Shown piece after piece: positions 11,481 to 23,361 of a stretch of DNA of 64,000 nt (its first letter is position 1; each line of letters begins with the position of its first letter). A model generated the notes under the pieces. That model worked only from the letters and a program-made list of their open reading frames with translations, did no database searches and was not told the DNA's origin. Both the position numbers and the translations under genes were made by a program. The DNA lies in contig NC_043018.1 in NCBI RefSeq assembly GCF_006345805.1, forward strand, positions 20,770,001 to 20,834,000, written 5' to 3'. The stretch comes from Octopus sinensis. Its lineage: Eukaryota.

Positions 11481-12930
11481 ATTTCTTAATTAGTTGATGG
11501 CGTTAGCAGAGGAATTGTCTGCTGTAGCAGAGAACCAAGAAAATGTTCAATATATCACTTCAGGAAACATTAATCATCATTTATAATAGAGTTGGCGAAG
11601 TAATTCTGAAATAACAATATAAAGAACATAAATAGTAATCAGAAAAGAAAAAAAAACCCAATAAAAACGTGATTATCAACAAAACTAGAAGTGTGGAGTT
11701 GAGAGTGAAATCTCTACCTTAAACTAATAGTTTAAAATGTTTACGTTTCATAAATTTAGAAGTTGGTAAGTAACTGCAGAAACCTTTGTCATAAAAATGA
11801 ATCCCTAGATTATTGAATATGGGTTTAATCCCCTTATTAAACGTAATAAAATTTCAAATTGAACAAGACATTCCTTTCTACTATAGGCACAAGGCGTGAG
11901 ATATTAAGGGAGGTTAGAAACTAATCACACCGACTTCAGTGTTGAACTGATGTTTGTCGAATCGGAAAGGAATGAAAGGCCAAGTCGACCACGATTGTAC
12001 TTGAACGCAGAACGTTAAAGAGAAGAAATTTCGCTTAGCATTTTGTCCGGAGTGCCAACGATTCTGCCAGCTGGCCGTTTGACATTTGGGAAATAACTTC
12101 AAATATATGAAACCGTTCTGAAAGATGACAGATCGATATTTTGTGCAGGAGACAAATGGACAATGTTCCGGCTTTTTCTCAAATACATTAACGAACTATA
12201 ATAGGGGGTCTGTACCATTATTGACTGATGACATAGAACATCGTTACTCAAACTTTTTGGAAACACGGTTTTATTCAAGAAAAATTTGCCACGGACAGTG
12301 GGATCACGAGCACAACAAAATACCTAAAGTGCATAATATATAATAAAAATATATTACTTATACAACACCTATGTTCACATACATAAAACAAGCCTTCTCG
12401 GGTTCAATTGTAGCGTAGTCAAGAAAATGGCTTGTTTTATGTATATGAACATATTTATAGCTACATAATACAAAAAACACATTGTAGCCTGCAATAGTCA
12501 ACGAAATAGAAGATTTAAAGATTTATTCTTTCTTCTCTGCGGCCAGCTACTAAATGATCTGCGGCCTGGTTGGTGGTTGGGGACACTTTGTACAGAAGAC
12601 AATAAACCCAAACACATCTTTTGGCATGTGAGTTCGGTAAATTCGAAAATAGTGAAATATTGAAAAATAAGGGATTCTCATGTCTTAGGTTGGTTTAGTG
12701 AAGCAAATGAAGGTGTGTGTTTCTTAAGAATAGGATCCCGTGCTTATTGTAGGATTCAAACTGTCGTTTTATTTCCCGCTGCATTCGAAACGTTTCAAAG
12801 AGAATCGCATTTATTTACCAAAGAAAAAGAAACTCGCACATGTTGAAGAAAGAAGAATAATAACAGCAACAACGAACGTAAACGCAAGGAGAAATAACAG
12901 ATTTTTTTTTCCTCTTTTAAATAATTTCTG

Positions 12931-13352
12931 GGCAATCTTTCGTCTCTAGTAGACCTTTCCGTCGATTTCCGTAAAAAAATTTTTTTTTTTACATATGGGC
13001 TTGCGGGAACTTTTGAAGTAATGAGAGCGAAAGAGACTAAGAGAAAGCGATTGTATGACGAGGGAAGTTCTTTTGAAGTTACCGTGCATGGCAAGCATTG
13101 ATGTACATGTGTGTGTGTGTGTGTGCGTGTGTGTGGGAGACAGACAGTATGTTGTGTAAGTGAAGTGCTTCTGTTAGTGTGTGTGAAGAGACAGAGTAAT
13201 GTGTGAAAGAAAGAGATAACTGAAATTTTTTACTCGGTGTATGTGTATATGTTTGTATATTACTTCAAAAGTTCCCGCAAGCCCATATGTAAAAAAAAAA
13301 ATATTTTTTTACGGAAATCGACGGAAAGGTCTACTAGAGACGAAAGATCGCC
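12931..13352. mobile_element. MITE with about 90-bp TIRs and 8-bp TSD, Merlin-like termini
   Basis: Arms 12931-13022 and 13259-13352 are reverse complements; ends GGCAA/GGCGA; TSD AATTTCTG / AATTTCTA. Confidence 0.85.
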
Positions 13353-13422
13353 AATTTCTAAATATAAAACAGTAAAAATAGTTTAAACGAAATAAAAAGC
13401 TGCAGAAAAACACAAATCTTAC

Positions 13423-13500
13423 CTAATTAAAATCGTTCAACAGAAGAACTTGGCGCTGAATAAAACGGTGTGGAATTTGTAGGCGGACTTCTAAACATTT
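13423..13500 (-). other. NUP107: Candidate non-coding first exon of NUP107 (5' end uncertain)
   Basis: The ATG exon begins at a splice acceptor, so an upstream exon is required. The best minus-strand donor seen is AG|GTAAGA at 13423/13422. TSS not determinable. Confidence 0.4.
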
Positions 13501-14474
13501 GAATTAAAATATTTCAATAAGTCGTAAAACTATCTGAGAATTCAATTTATCAGTATAATAAGCATGGAAAAAACTTTTTATTTTTGCCCCACACGTTAAA
13601 TTAATTAATTTTTCTGGTTTGAAAAGCATTTGCATTGCAGGAAGTATTTTAAAGGGGTATAACTTTTCCCTGTACACCGTTAAATTAAAAATTGGAAAGG
13701 TTTTTGCAAAAACGAAACGAATGCATTTTTATTTTTAAACGGCAAATTAAACTAACTTTTGATTTTCTATTTCGTTTCTACAATCTTGGACAGTATTGAA
13801 ATGGGAAACAACGTTCATACTTTCATCGTGGGTATTAACAGCATAGTTTGAAGTGGTTTTAACCAGGAATTGGAACTGACTCTCTTTTTAGGCTTACTAG
13901 GAGCTTGCGGCTCTCAGGTGCTCACCACGATAATGTGAATGTAATTTTCTTTATTTCTTACATTAGCATAAGACTAGAAATTTTGTGGTGATAATTACGA
14001 TGAAGGTTTGATCTCAAAATATGATAGATAATGTGCTAGGTAGACTTTTGACATAGTTGTCCCACGAAGTACCATAAGTCATGGAAAAAGAAAAGGGCTC
14101 GGAAGTGGGATTTTAAGAAAGAAAATTTAGAAATTCTTGTGAAAAAACGATGAGCTAATAAAAAGAACTTTAAAAGAGGAAGTATCATGTATACTATATA
14201 TATATATATATATATATACACCAATGCTGGTGTGTCCCCGTTACTTAGCGGTTCGGCAAAAAAGACCGATAGAATAAGTACTGGGCTTACAAAAGAATAA
14301 GTCCCGGGGTCGAGTTGCTCGATTAAAGGCGGTGCTCCAGCATGGCCGCAGTCAAATGACTGAAACAAGTAAAAGAGTAAAAGAGTATACTAGAATTTCG
14401 TTTCGTTGTCGAAGCCATGAAAAAATTTACATTCACCCCTCGCATTTTTCCTTCCTTTTTACGCCGAACCCAGC
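13423..14474. promoter_or_regulatory. Probable bidirectional promoter between NUP107 (-) and BCCIP (+)
   Basis: Divergent gene starts about 1 kb apart (candidate NUP107 UTR exon and BCCIP ATG at 14475). Inferred from geometry only. Confidence 0.55.
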
Positions 14475-14597
14475 ATGGCGACACCATCGAAAAAACGTGA
14501 TGTTGAAGAAATGGATGTTCAGTCAGATGAAGATGAGGACGACTTGGATGATTATTCATCAAGTGAAGAAGAAGACGAAGACGGAATCGCGGATGAG
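14475..14597 (+). CDS. BCCIP: BCCIP exon 1, MATPSKKRDVEEMDVQSDEDEDDLDDYSSSEEEDEDGIADE
   Basis: agcATGG start, acidic N-terminus typical of BCCIP/Bcp1, donor GAG|gtataa, 123 nt. Confidence 0.92.
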
Positions 14598-15620
14598 GTA
14601 TAAACAGCTTTGATTATTTTTGTTTGGGACAAATTTTTCCTATCGTTTTATGCCATTTTCTCATTAAAACTGATTTTTAAAAATATATATTTGTACATTT
14701 AAGCGTTTCTTTTATAAATTGCTGCAAAAGAAGTGATTTATTTATTAATTAGTGAGTAGGAATTAACATTTTGCTAATGATCCTCAGCTAAGATCGCATC
14801 GCCATATACGGCAACACCGTGAAATCACAGCTGTTCCTTTGTTAGTGTGTGTATATATGTATATATATGTGTATACATTAAATAATTATATAACTTAAAT
14901 TTCCTCTCTACAGCCTCATTTTCGTTCGATTTCTTTCCACCAATTAAAGTGATTATCGTTGTACGTAACCCCAATATATAGCTGGTATTGATGCCATATG
15001 TTATGCGAATTACAATATAGATCATCTTGACAAGTAATGCTAAACGTGCGTTCGGTAACCGGTTTGCTCGACACGCTAGAAATAGCAGCCGAATCTCAAT
15101 TACACCTTGCCGTCCTAAAATTGAAGGTTACACATGCTGGGACGCTTATTTATTTTCCTCGTCCCTCATCATTATTATGCCGTTTAATCTAATCCTAAGT
15201 ACACTGTTTAAAGGAAAAAGTCAGCATGAATGGGCACGGCTGGAACACCTTTTATTACAAAGCATTGAGTAGTGAAAACAATTATCAGATGAACAAAAGG
15301 GATCTGAAAGCCTCATTATTTAAACCATTTCGGTAAATATGGGAGACAACCCTTGATATAATTTTCTTTTATCATTTAACGTCCATGTTCCATGCTGGCA
15401 TGGGTTGGACGCTTTGACTGGCTCCAATGTGTTCAAAGACTACGTCGTCCTCCAGTGTCTGCTTTGGCACGATTTCTACGGCTAGGTGCCCTTCATAATG
15501 CGAACCACTTTACAGCGTGTACTGGGTGCTTTTTTTTTCGAGGCCCAAGGTGCTACGTAGTAGGACTGAACCCGGAACCATTTATGTTCCAAACACCAGA
15601 TTAATAATGACAAAGTTATA

Positions 15621-16018
15621 GGCGTAGGAATGGCTGTGTGGTAAGTAGCTTGGTTACCAACCACATGGTTCCGGGTTCAGTCCCACTGCGTGACACCTTG
15701 AGCAAGTGTCTTCTACAATAGCCTCAGGCTAACCAAAGCCTTGTGAGTGGATTTGGTAGACGGAAACTGAAAGAAGCCCGTCGTATATATGTATATATAT
15801 ATGTTTGTGTGTCTGCGTTTGTCCCCCCAACATCGCTTGACAATCGATGCTGGTGTGTTTACATCCCCGAAACTTAGCGGTTTGGCAAAAGAGACCGATA
15901 GAATAAGTACTAGGCTTACAAAGAATAAGTCCTGAGGTCGATTTGGTCGACTAAAGGCGGTGCTCCAGCATGGCCACAGTCAAAATGACTGAAACTAGTA
16001 AAAGAGTAAAAGAGAGAG
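15621..16018 (+). mobile_element. tRNA-derived SINE family A, full length. Other copies about 14219-14388+, 18918-19285+, 25040-25290-, 28395-28680+, 28921-29333-, 30676-31015+, 34150-34535-, 39224-39634-, 40120-40590+, 43010-43590+, 52810-53822+, 63025-63480+
   Basis: A-box-like TGGCTGTGTGG and B-box-like GGTTCAGTCCC head, internal (TA)/(TG) tract, (AAAAGAGT)n tail; many dispersed similar copies. Confidence 0.9.
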
Positions 16019-16147
16019 TTCTAAATTCTTCGTTATTTTCAAAATTAATTGGAAGAAAGGCGGAGCATATTTCAACAGAAATATGGTAACAAAGGGATTA
16101 AAGTGATCGCATTATTAAATACTGTTCTAACGTTTGTCCCATTTCAG

Positions 16148-16222
16148 GATGTCCAAGTAGATTTTGAAGCAGTGCCACCTACCGATGCCGATGCTAATGG
16201 TATCCGTACTCTACTCTCACAG
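16148..16222 (+). CDS. BCCIP: BCCIP exon 2, DVQVDFEAVPPTDADANGIRTLLSQ
   Basis: tttcag acceptor, gtaaat donor, 75 nt, phase 0-0. Matches BCCIP VxxxFE...DxxGIxxLLxQ. Confidence 0.95.
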
Positions 16223-16971
16223 GTAAATCCCATTCTCTAGTGTATTAGTATTTCACTCTCACATAAACAATCTAATTTATTATCAGCATTTTAGATTTCA
16301 ATAAGAAAACTGGAACTGATAAGATAAAAATAACCTTAGATCACCATCTATCTTTCACCTTCCTCGGGCACCATGTCTGCCCCTCTTTCTCACCTAATTT
16401 TGCTACCCACCCAACATCATCCCTCTTTTGTTTTTCTCCTGTTTGCTGTTTCATCATTACGATTCTACTGATCAGTACTGTCAGTCATCCCCTACTCTCC
16501 CCTCGATCACTTCCACCTTCTCTTTGGCAATGTGAGTAGTCATGTAGCTCTTCTACTACGAGAAACTTGTTCTACTTTGGCTCCTTCTCTCAAACTCTTA
16601 TCTATCTTTTGTTCCTCATCTCCTAGCGTAAAGTTATCCCCTCTCCCCAGGGTTCATACTGCATGATGGTGTCACTAGTGCTGGTGGCACATAAAAATGC
16701 ACCCAGTACAGAATGTAAAGTGGTTGCCTTTAGGAAAGGCATCCAGCTGTAGAAACCATGCCTGAGTAGACATTAGTGTTCTTCATCATCATCATTTAAC
16801 GTCTGTTGTCCATGGTCAAACCATCCATGGATTGGATGGTTTGACCAGGGTTGGTAAGCTGAGGGGCTGCACCTAACTCCGGTCTGATTTGACATGGTTT
16901 CTATGGCTGGATGTCCTTCCTAATGCCAAGAAACAAAAGTAGTGTATTTCAAGAGAAACATGGTAACAAAT

Positions 16972-17305
16972 CATCATCATCATCATTTAGCGTCCGCTTT
17001 CCATGCTAGCATGGGTTGGACGGTTCAACCGGGGTCTGGGAAGCCAGAAGGCTGCACCAGGCCCAGTCTGATCTGGCAGTGTTTCTACGGCTGGATGCCC
17101 TTCCTAATGCCAACCACTCCGTGAGTGTAGTGGGTCCTTTTTACGTGCCAGACGGGGCTGGCAAACGGTCACAGGCGGATGGTGCTTTTTACATGCCACC
17201 GGCACGGGGGCCATGCGAGGCTGGCAACGGCCATGATCGGATGGTGCTTTTTACGTGCCACCGGCACGGGGGCCAGGCGAGGCTGGCAACGGCCACGATC
17301 GGCTG
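16972..17305 (-). mobile_element. Family C retroposon with (ATG)n tail. Other copies about 146-420-, 5460-5750-, 6620-6810+, 17958-18208+, 23598-23842-, 31945-32115+
   Basis: Near-identical GGACGTTAAACGATGATG 3' end and GGATGCCCTTCCTAATGCCAACCACTCC core in many dispersed copies. Confidence 0.88.
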
Positions 17306-17492
17306 GTTAAAATTTTTGAAAATCAATGAGAAATGTCTTTTATATTTCTAACGTTAATCATTTCATACTTATCTCTTTGAGAAAAGTATCCACTATTTCG
17401 TGAAATGTGGGGCTACAGAGATTTCAGTTAAAAGTATTATATTGATAGGATTATTGTGTTTAAATAATAAGAATATTTGTTTTCTTTTGCAG

Positions 17493-17573
17493 CTGTTCCT
17501 GAAAGCAAATATCAACCTTGGTCAGTTGGCCGATACCATCATATCACAGAATTACGTTGGATGTGTCCTCAAG
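17493..17573 (+). CDS. BCCIP: BCCIP exon 3, LFLKANINLGQLADTIISQNYVGCVLK
   Basis: ttttgcag acceptor, gtatta donor, 81 nt, phase 0-0. Matches human LFLKAPVNTAELTDLLIQQNHIGSVIK. Confidence 0.95.
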
Positions 17574-18546
17574 GTATTAAACACTTTCGTCACAAACTTT
17601 TATGTGTGGCTGGATGGTTCTTTATTTTGCAGCATTTTCACCCTTTCATTACCGAGATGCTCTGTGTTTCTTTCAGCTAAGAGCATTTTTAAGCCAGCCC
17701 GTCATATTCCCGGTGCACCCGCCCTTGCCCACCCCCACCACCAATACCGGATATCTCTATATTTTTGCTCCATCTATACCGGATGTCGCTTCTCCCACCA
17801 CCATTATAGGTGTCTACTCTTCGAACCCCCCTCTTCAATATGCTATTTCACCATGCTTTACTCCTCTCTTGATATCCTACGTTCTATTTGCCTAGAACCT
17901 GTCATCATTTCTCTGAACCACCCCTCCCCACTGGTGCTCCCCTACATTTCAGCACCCCCCCCCCCCACATAAAAAGCACCATCCGAACGTGGCCGATGCC
18001 AGACCCCTCTGGCACCTGTGCAGGTGGCACGTAAAAAACACCCACTACACTCGCGGAGTGGTTGGCGTTAGGAAGGGCATCCAGCTGTAGAAACACTGCC
18101 AGACTAGACTGGAGCCTGGGGCAGTCCCTAGCTCCCCAGACCCCGGTCGAAACCGTCCAACCCGTGCTAGCGCAGAAAACGGACGTTAAACGATGATGAT
18201 GATGATGATAACAAAGAATTTAGTAAAATAACTTAGTTATCATTAAGCTAGTGTTAGGAACATAAATTGTGATGAAGGTTTGGTGGATGATTTTAATTGA
18301 AAACTTATGAAAACAAGACATTTGTACTACAGAGCCAGAGCTGGTTTCAGCTGGGTTGGTATCAAAAGGGTTAAGAATTGTTTCTCTATTATATATTTTA
18401 AACCTTTTGTTACCATATTGCAGTGGTGGGGGACAAACACGGACAGAAAGACATACACACGTAGATATATACATATACGACAGGCTTCTTTTAGTTTCCA
18501 TCTACCAAATCCACTGACAGGCTTTGGTTGGCCAGAGGGTATAGTA

Positions 18547-18771
18547 CAGGGGCGGGCAAACTACGGCCCGTGGGCCGCAAGCGGCCCGCCATAGGTTTTC
18601 ATGCGGCCCGCCGAGAGGAATATTTCACAAAATTTCCTTTCAATCAATTGTGTGTTTATAGGTCTATAACCGCCTTCAAATATATTTTCACTTGATTTTT
18701 ATAAATGAGGCCCACCAAGGTTCCAAAGACGCACTGTGCGGCCCGCGATCAAAAAAGTTCGCCCACCCCTG
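18547..18771. mobile_element. hAT MITE inserted into a SINE
   Basis: TIR CAGGGGCGGGCAAACT / AAGTTCGCCCACCCCTG; perfect 8-bp TSD GTATAGTA; GCGGCCC subterminal motifs. Confidence 0.92.
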
Positions 18772-19477
18772 GTATAGTAGAAGTCACTTGCACCCCAACT
18801 CCACCCAAATGAAAAGTGGAAACTTGCATAGAAATGACTTACTCAGAAAATGATTTTGGCCAAAATTGCACACCCCCTCAAAGTAATAAAAAAAAAAAGA
18901 AAGAAAAAATGAAAACAGGCGCAGGAGTGGCTGTATGATTCCGGGTTCAGTCCCACTGCGTGGCATCTTGGGCAAGTGTCTTCTGCTATAGCCCCGGCCG
19001 ACCAATGTCTTGTGAGTGGATTTGGTAGATGGAAACTGAAAGAAGCCTGTCGTATATATGTATATATATATATATGTGTTTGTCTCCCTACCATTGCTTG
19101 ACAACCAATGCTGGTGTGTTTACGTCCCCGTCACTTAGCGGTTCGGCAAAAGAGACCGATAGAATAAGTACTGGGCTTACAAAGAATAAGTCCCAGGGTC
19201 GATTTGCTTGGCTAAAGGCGGTGCTCCAGCATGGCTGCAGTCAAATGACTGAAACAAGTAAAAGAGTAAAAAGAGAGTAAGAGAGGTAAAAACCGAGAAA
19301 TGGTGAGAATTGACATATAAACTCATCTGTGGCTGTTTTTGAAATTATATGTTTTGGACGAGTTTGCTCGTCACACTCTGAAAAAGACAAATTGGGTGAA
19401 GACAAGTTATTTCGTCTTTGCCAGGTAAGGGGTCAATCTCTTCTTAATTTTTTTTTTTGTTTTTTCATGTTTTTTAG

Positions 19478-19570
19478 CAATGTGAAGTTGAAGAAGATGA
19501 AAGTGATGACGGCATTGATGAGGATCCAATTTTTGGTGTGACGACGGTTATTAATCTCACAGATAAAAAG
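19478..19570 (+). CDS. BCCIP: BCCIP exon 4, QCEVEEDESDDGIDEDPIFGVTTVINLTDKK
   Basis: ttttag acceptor, gtaaat donor, 93 nt, phase 0-0. Acidic loop plus FGxxxxxNL motif. Confidence 0.95.
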
Positions 19571-20699
19571 GTAAATGACTAATAGTTTTCTCCCGTCTGA
19601 AATAGGTCAATCTCCATGACAAAAAGAAAGGTGTGATCTTATATTTCTCTTATCCACTCCTTCCCCTCAACCCTACCTGCTCTCTCTCTCTCTCTCTGTG
19701 CACTTGTCACCTACCCTTCCCTACCACTCCTACTTAACATCCACTCAGCACTTGTTCTTCCTAATAATTTACCTGTAAGGTGGCGAGCTCGCAGAATCGT
19801 TAGTACACCAGGTAAATGCTTACTGGCATTTCATCCATCTTTATGGTCTGAGTTCAAATTTCACCAAGGTTGACTTTGCCGGTCACCCTTTCAGGGGTCA
19901 ATAAAATAAACACCAGCCGAGCATTGGGGTCAATGTAATCAACTTAACTTCTCCCCATCTGAAATTGCTGGCCTTGTGCCAAAATGTGAAACCAGTATTT
20001 GCCCCCCTCACCCATTCCTCATCTCTCACTCTCCCATACATTCTTGCAACCAATGCCCACCGCGCTCATGATTCCTCTCTCCCCACGTCTTACTTTGTGA
20101 CTCCCATCAGACACATCGCAACATTTCTTTCTCTTCTCAGTTCCACCCTGATCACCTGACCCTCTCTTCTAAAATGTGAATAATTATGTGGCCCTTCTGG
20201 AGCAAGAAACCTGTGTTGCTCTGCCCCTGTCTCCCATACTTTAATTCCTTATTTCCTAGCATAAATCCCCCCCACCCCGAGTTTGTAGTCTTGCAAGTTG
20301 GGGACCTCACTAATGCTGGTAACCCCCAAAAGACAACCAGTACATGTTGTAAAGTAGATGGTGTTAGGAAGAGCCTACAGCCATAGAAACGATGCCAAAG
20401 CAGACATTGAATGCAGTTTTCTCAGATCAGTTGGCTCCTGTCAAATTGTCCACCCTATGTCAATATAGAACATGGACATTAATTGACAATGATTGCTGCC
20501 AAATCACTGTCAAGTGGTTGGTTTTAGGAAGGACATCCAAATATAGAAACCTGACATTGGAGCTTGACGCAGTCCTTGGACATGTCTGATCCTCTTAGAC
20601 CATCCGATCCATGCCAGCATGGAATATGGATGTTAAATGATGTTGATGATGAAGCTATGACTTTTTTTGCTGCTGTTATCTTGTAATTTCAAAGATGCT

Positions 20700-20990
20700 T
20701 CCACCACATACCAAACTTGAAAAACCTGCACTATGAACTAAAAGCTGAAAAGCCTCTTCCAATGGGGCCATGCTAATCCTATCTTTTTCTACAGCAAAAA
20801 CAAAAACAAACAAAAAATCAAACACTATTCATATCAGTAGACATTACACGTTACCCGACCTTAAATATGAACAGCACACAGCTAGAACCCTCGCAATTGT
20901 TCCAAATCTTAGACCTCACTATCACTGAGGATCTCAGCTGGTGAAAACATATCTTTCCAACCTGGCTTTCAAAGGTGTCTGATGGGAGCC
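20700..20990 (+). pseudogene. Degenerate LINE reverse-transcriptase C-terminal fragment (CR1/L2/Jockey group)
   Basis: Translates as LKSLFQWGHANPIFF...PTLNMNSTQLEPSQLFQILDLTITEDLSW*KHI, resembling LINE RT LxxWxxxN...LGxxxxxDLSWxxHI. Confidence 0.6.
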
Positions 20991-22200
20991 ACAAAGTAAG
21001 AGGTGGGGACAGAGGAATCAGGAACGTGGGTGGGCAGAGGTTGCAAGAATGTATGGGAGAGTGAGAGATGAGGAATGGGTGAGGGGGAAAATACTGGTTT
21101 CACATTTTGGCACAAGGCCAGCAATTTCAGATGAAGAGGAGTAAAGTTGATTACACTGACCCCAATGCTCGACTGGTGTTTATTTTATTGACCCTTCAAA
21201 GACTGACTTTCCACTTCAGGGCCAGAAAATACTTTACCTTCACTCCCAACTATAAGCTTATCTGAGTCCCCTACAATGGAATCTTACTCGTACTCCTGCA
21301 CAGTGTTGCGACTGTATACACAGATACCCTTGATTGTTCCTAGAGAAAGGCTTCCTTGCTGATTGGCATAAAGATTTACAGACGTCCTCCAGCTTCTGGC
21401 CCCTTGGCATGCTGTCTCCTCTTACTGTTGGAACTCTTAAAGGCTCCTCTTCCTATTCTGAACTGGCTCGCCTTTTGGCCTCTCCATGCAGTCATTCCTC
21501 ACTTCTCTCCCTTCGTCCTACCATTACAGTGTTGTGTTCCATGCCAGCCTTCCGTCCCAGATTGTCGAACCTCCAGAATTCACACTTTATATCTTTCTTG
21601 CAGGTGTCAGTTTGTCACAATCTAAAGGCGGCGAGTTGGCAGAAACGTTAGCATGCCGGGCGAAATGCTTAGCGGTATTTTGTCTGCCGCTACGTTCTGA
21701 GTTCAAATTCCGCCAAGGTTGACTTTGCCTTTCATCCTTTCGGGGTCGATAAATTAAGTACCAGTTACGTACTGGGGTTGATATAATTGACTAATTCGTA
21801 TGTCTGTCCTTGTTTGTCCCTTCTGTGTGTAGTTCCTTGTGGGTACTAAAGAAATAACAATCTAAAGGAAACCTTCATGGCATCAATCCTGCCTGGGGCT
21901 ACAACACTTTCTTCCCAATCCATCATCACCGTCATTTTAACATCCACTTTCCCAAGCCGGCATGGGTTGGACGGATGGAGTTTATTTGAAGCAGATATTC
22001 TACTGTTGGATGCCTTTCCTGCTGCCAACTTTCGTCTGTTTCCAAGCAAAGTAATACTTCCCCATTACCAGACAGGCCCTTGCAGAACATTAGAACTGAA
22101 TGACCCTACTTCCATCACAGTCACACCCATTTATAACTACCATGTGATGCTAAGACAAGGAGATGAACACACACATTCATTTGTTCATACATTCATACAC

Positions 22201-22232
<32 letters not shown>

Positions 22233-22279
22233 GCATGCAGAGATGCAGGAAAAGCTGTAATATGTGACATCCAATACAG

Positions 22280-22915
22280 ACTTTGTAGAGTTCACACTGA
22301 AGATATATCATACATCATAAGCAGTTGTCCGAAAATGTCATCATGGTGGTATCTACTGATGAGACATGATGTTGTAGCTAGGACAAATTATAATGAAATC
22401 TGTCGGAAGGATAATCCCCAGGACAAAATAAGAACCCACAATATGGTAGAAGTCATAGCCACTCATAATAGAAAGGAATACTGGTGGAATGTACCAGTGA
22501 AGGCCTCAATAAAATGTATGCACAACAGACCTGATATAATGCTAAACTATTGAGAAATCTGCAGTTACTCTATCCAGATTACGAGTTCAGGCTTATACCT
22601 TTAATTATTGGGGCACAGGGATATGCAACACACTGCCTAAATACCAATCTTGAGAAATTAGGCTTCTCAAAACCAGAAAAGAGAAAGCTAATTTGAAGAC
22701 TAGAGATCCAATCCATCACTGGAACTGTAAAAATCTAAAACTTTCTAAATCTAAAATCTAAAACTGAAGTTTATCATTTAAATATATATGAGCATGTAGC
22801 TTGCTTTAGGGGCAGTGAGGGAGTCATGTAAAGAACCGTGTATACCATATATGGTAGCATGAGAGAAGTGTGGGCATGTTAGATGCATCCCAATTCTAGT
22901 ATTGAGAATACATAC
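22280..22915 (+). mobile_element. 3' fragment of an RLE-type (R2/R4/NeSL-group) non-LTR retrotransposon with 3' UTR
   Basis: IISSCPKMS..YLxRHDxVA zinc-knuckle region, NRPDI motif, then LLRNLQLLYPDYEFRLIPLIIGAQG...SITGTVKI; internally deleted and with stops. Confidence 0.75.
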
Positions 22916-23361
22916 ATAAAACATACAAATCTGCCTATACACACACACACACGCACACCCTGTTGTTGATGTTGAAATTCCAATGAAGGAGCCTTGGATC
23001 TAGGTTAGAAACCAGTTCTTTCTCTGTTGGCAAGTAATCTTGAAATAAACTGAATAATTACATACACACATATGTACATATGCACATACATACACATACC
23101 TACATACAACAAACTTCTTTCAGTTTTCCTCTACCAAATCCACTCCCACAATTTTGGTCAGCCCAAGGCTATAGTAGCAAACGCCTGCTGAAGATGTCAT
23201 GCAGTGGGATTGAACCTGAGACCATGTGATTGGAAAGCAGACTTCTTAATCGCACAGCCATGTATAATAAAAGCAGTCTCATTAATTGTGTATTTCCATG
23301 CAACGAGTGTATAATACTAGTCTTTGCAATAATATATTTTGCTTCTCTTGTTTCTTTGTAG

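Noticed and set aside
17400-17972. 190-aa ORF as an independent gene (likewise 6031-6693)
   Set aside because: Each contains one real short exon (BCCIP exon 3; NUP107 exon 5) read through into intron and repeat sequence.
21190-21620. Possible LINE endonuclease or other coding remnant
   Set aside because: Multiple stops in all frames and no motif I could identify with confidence.
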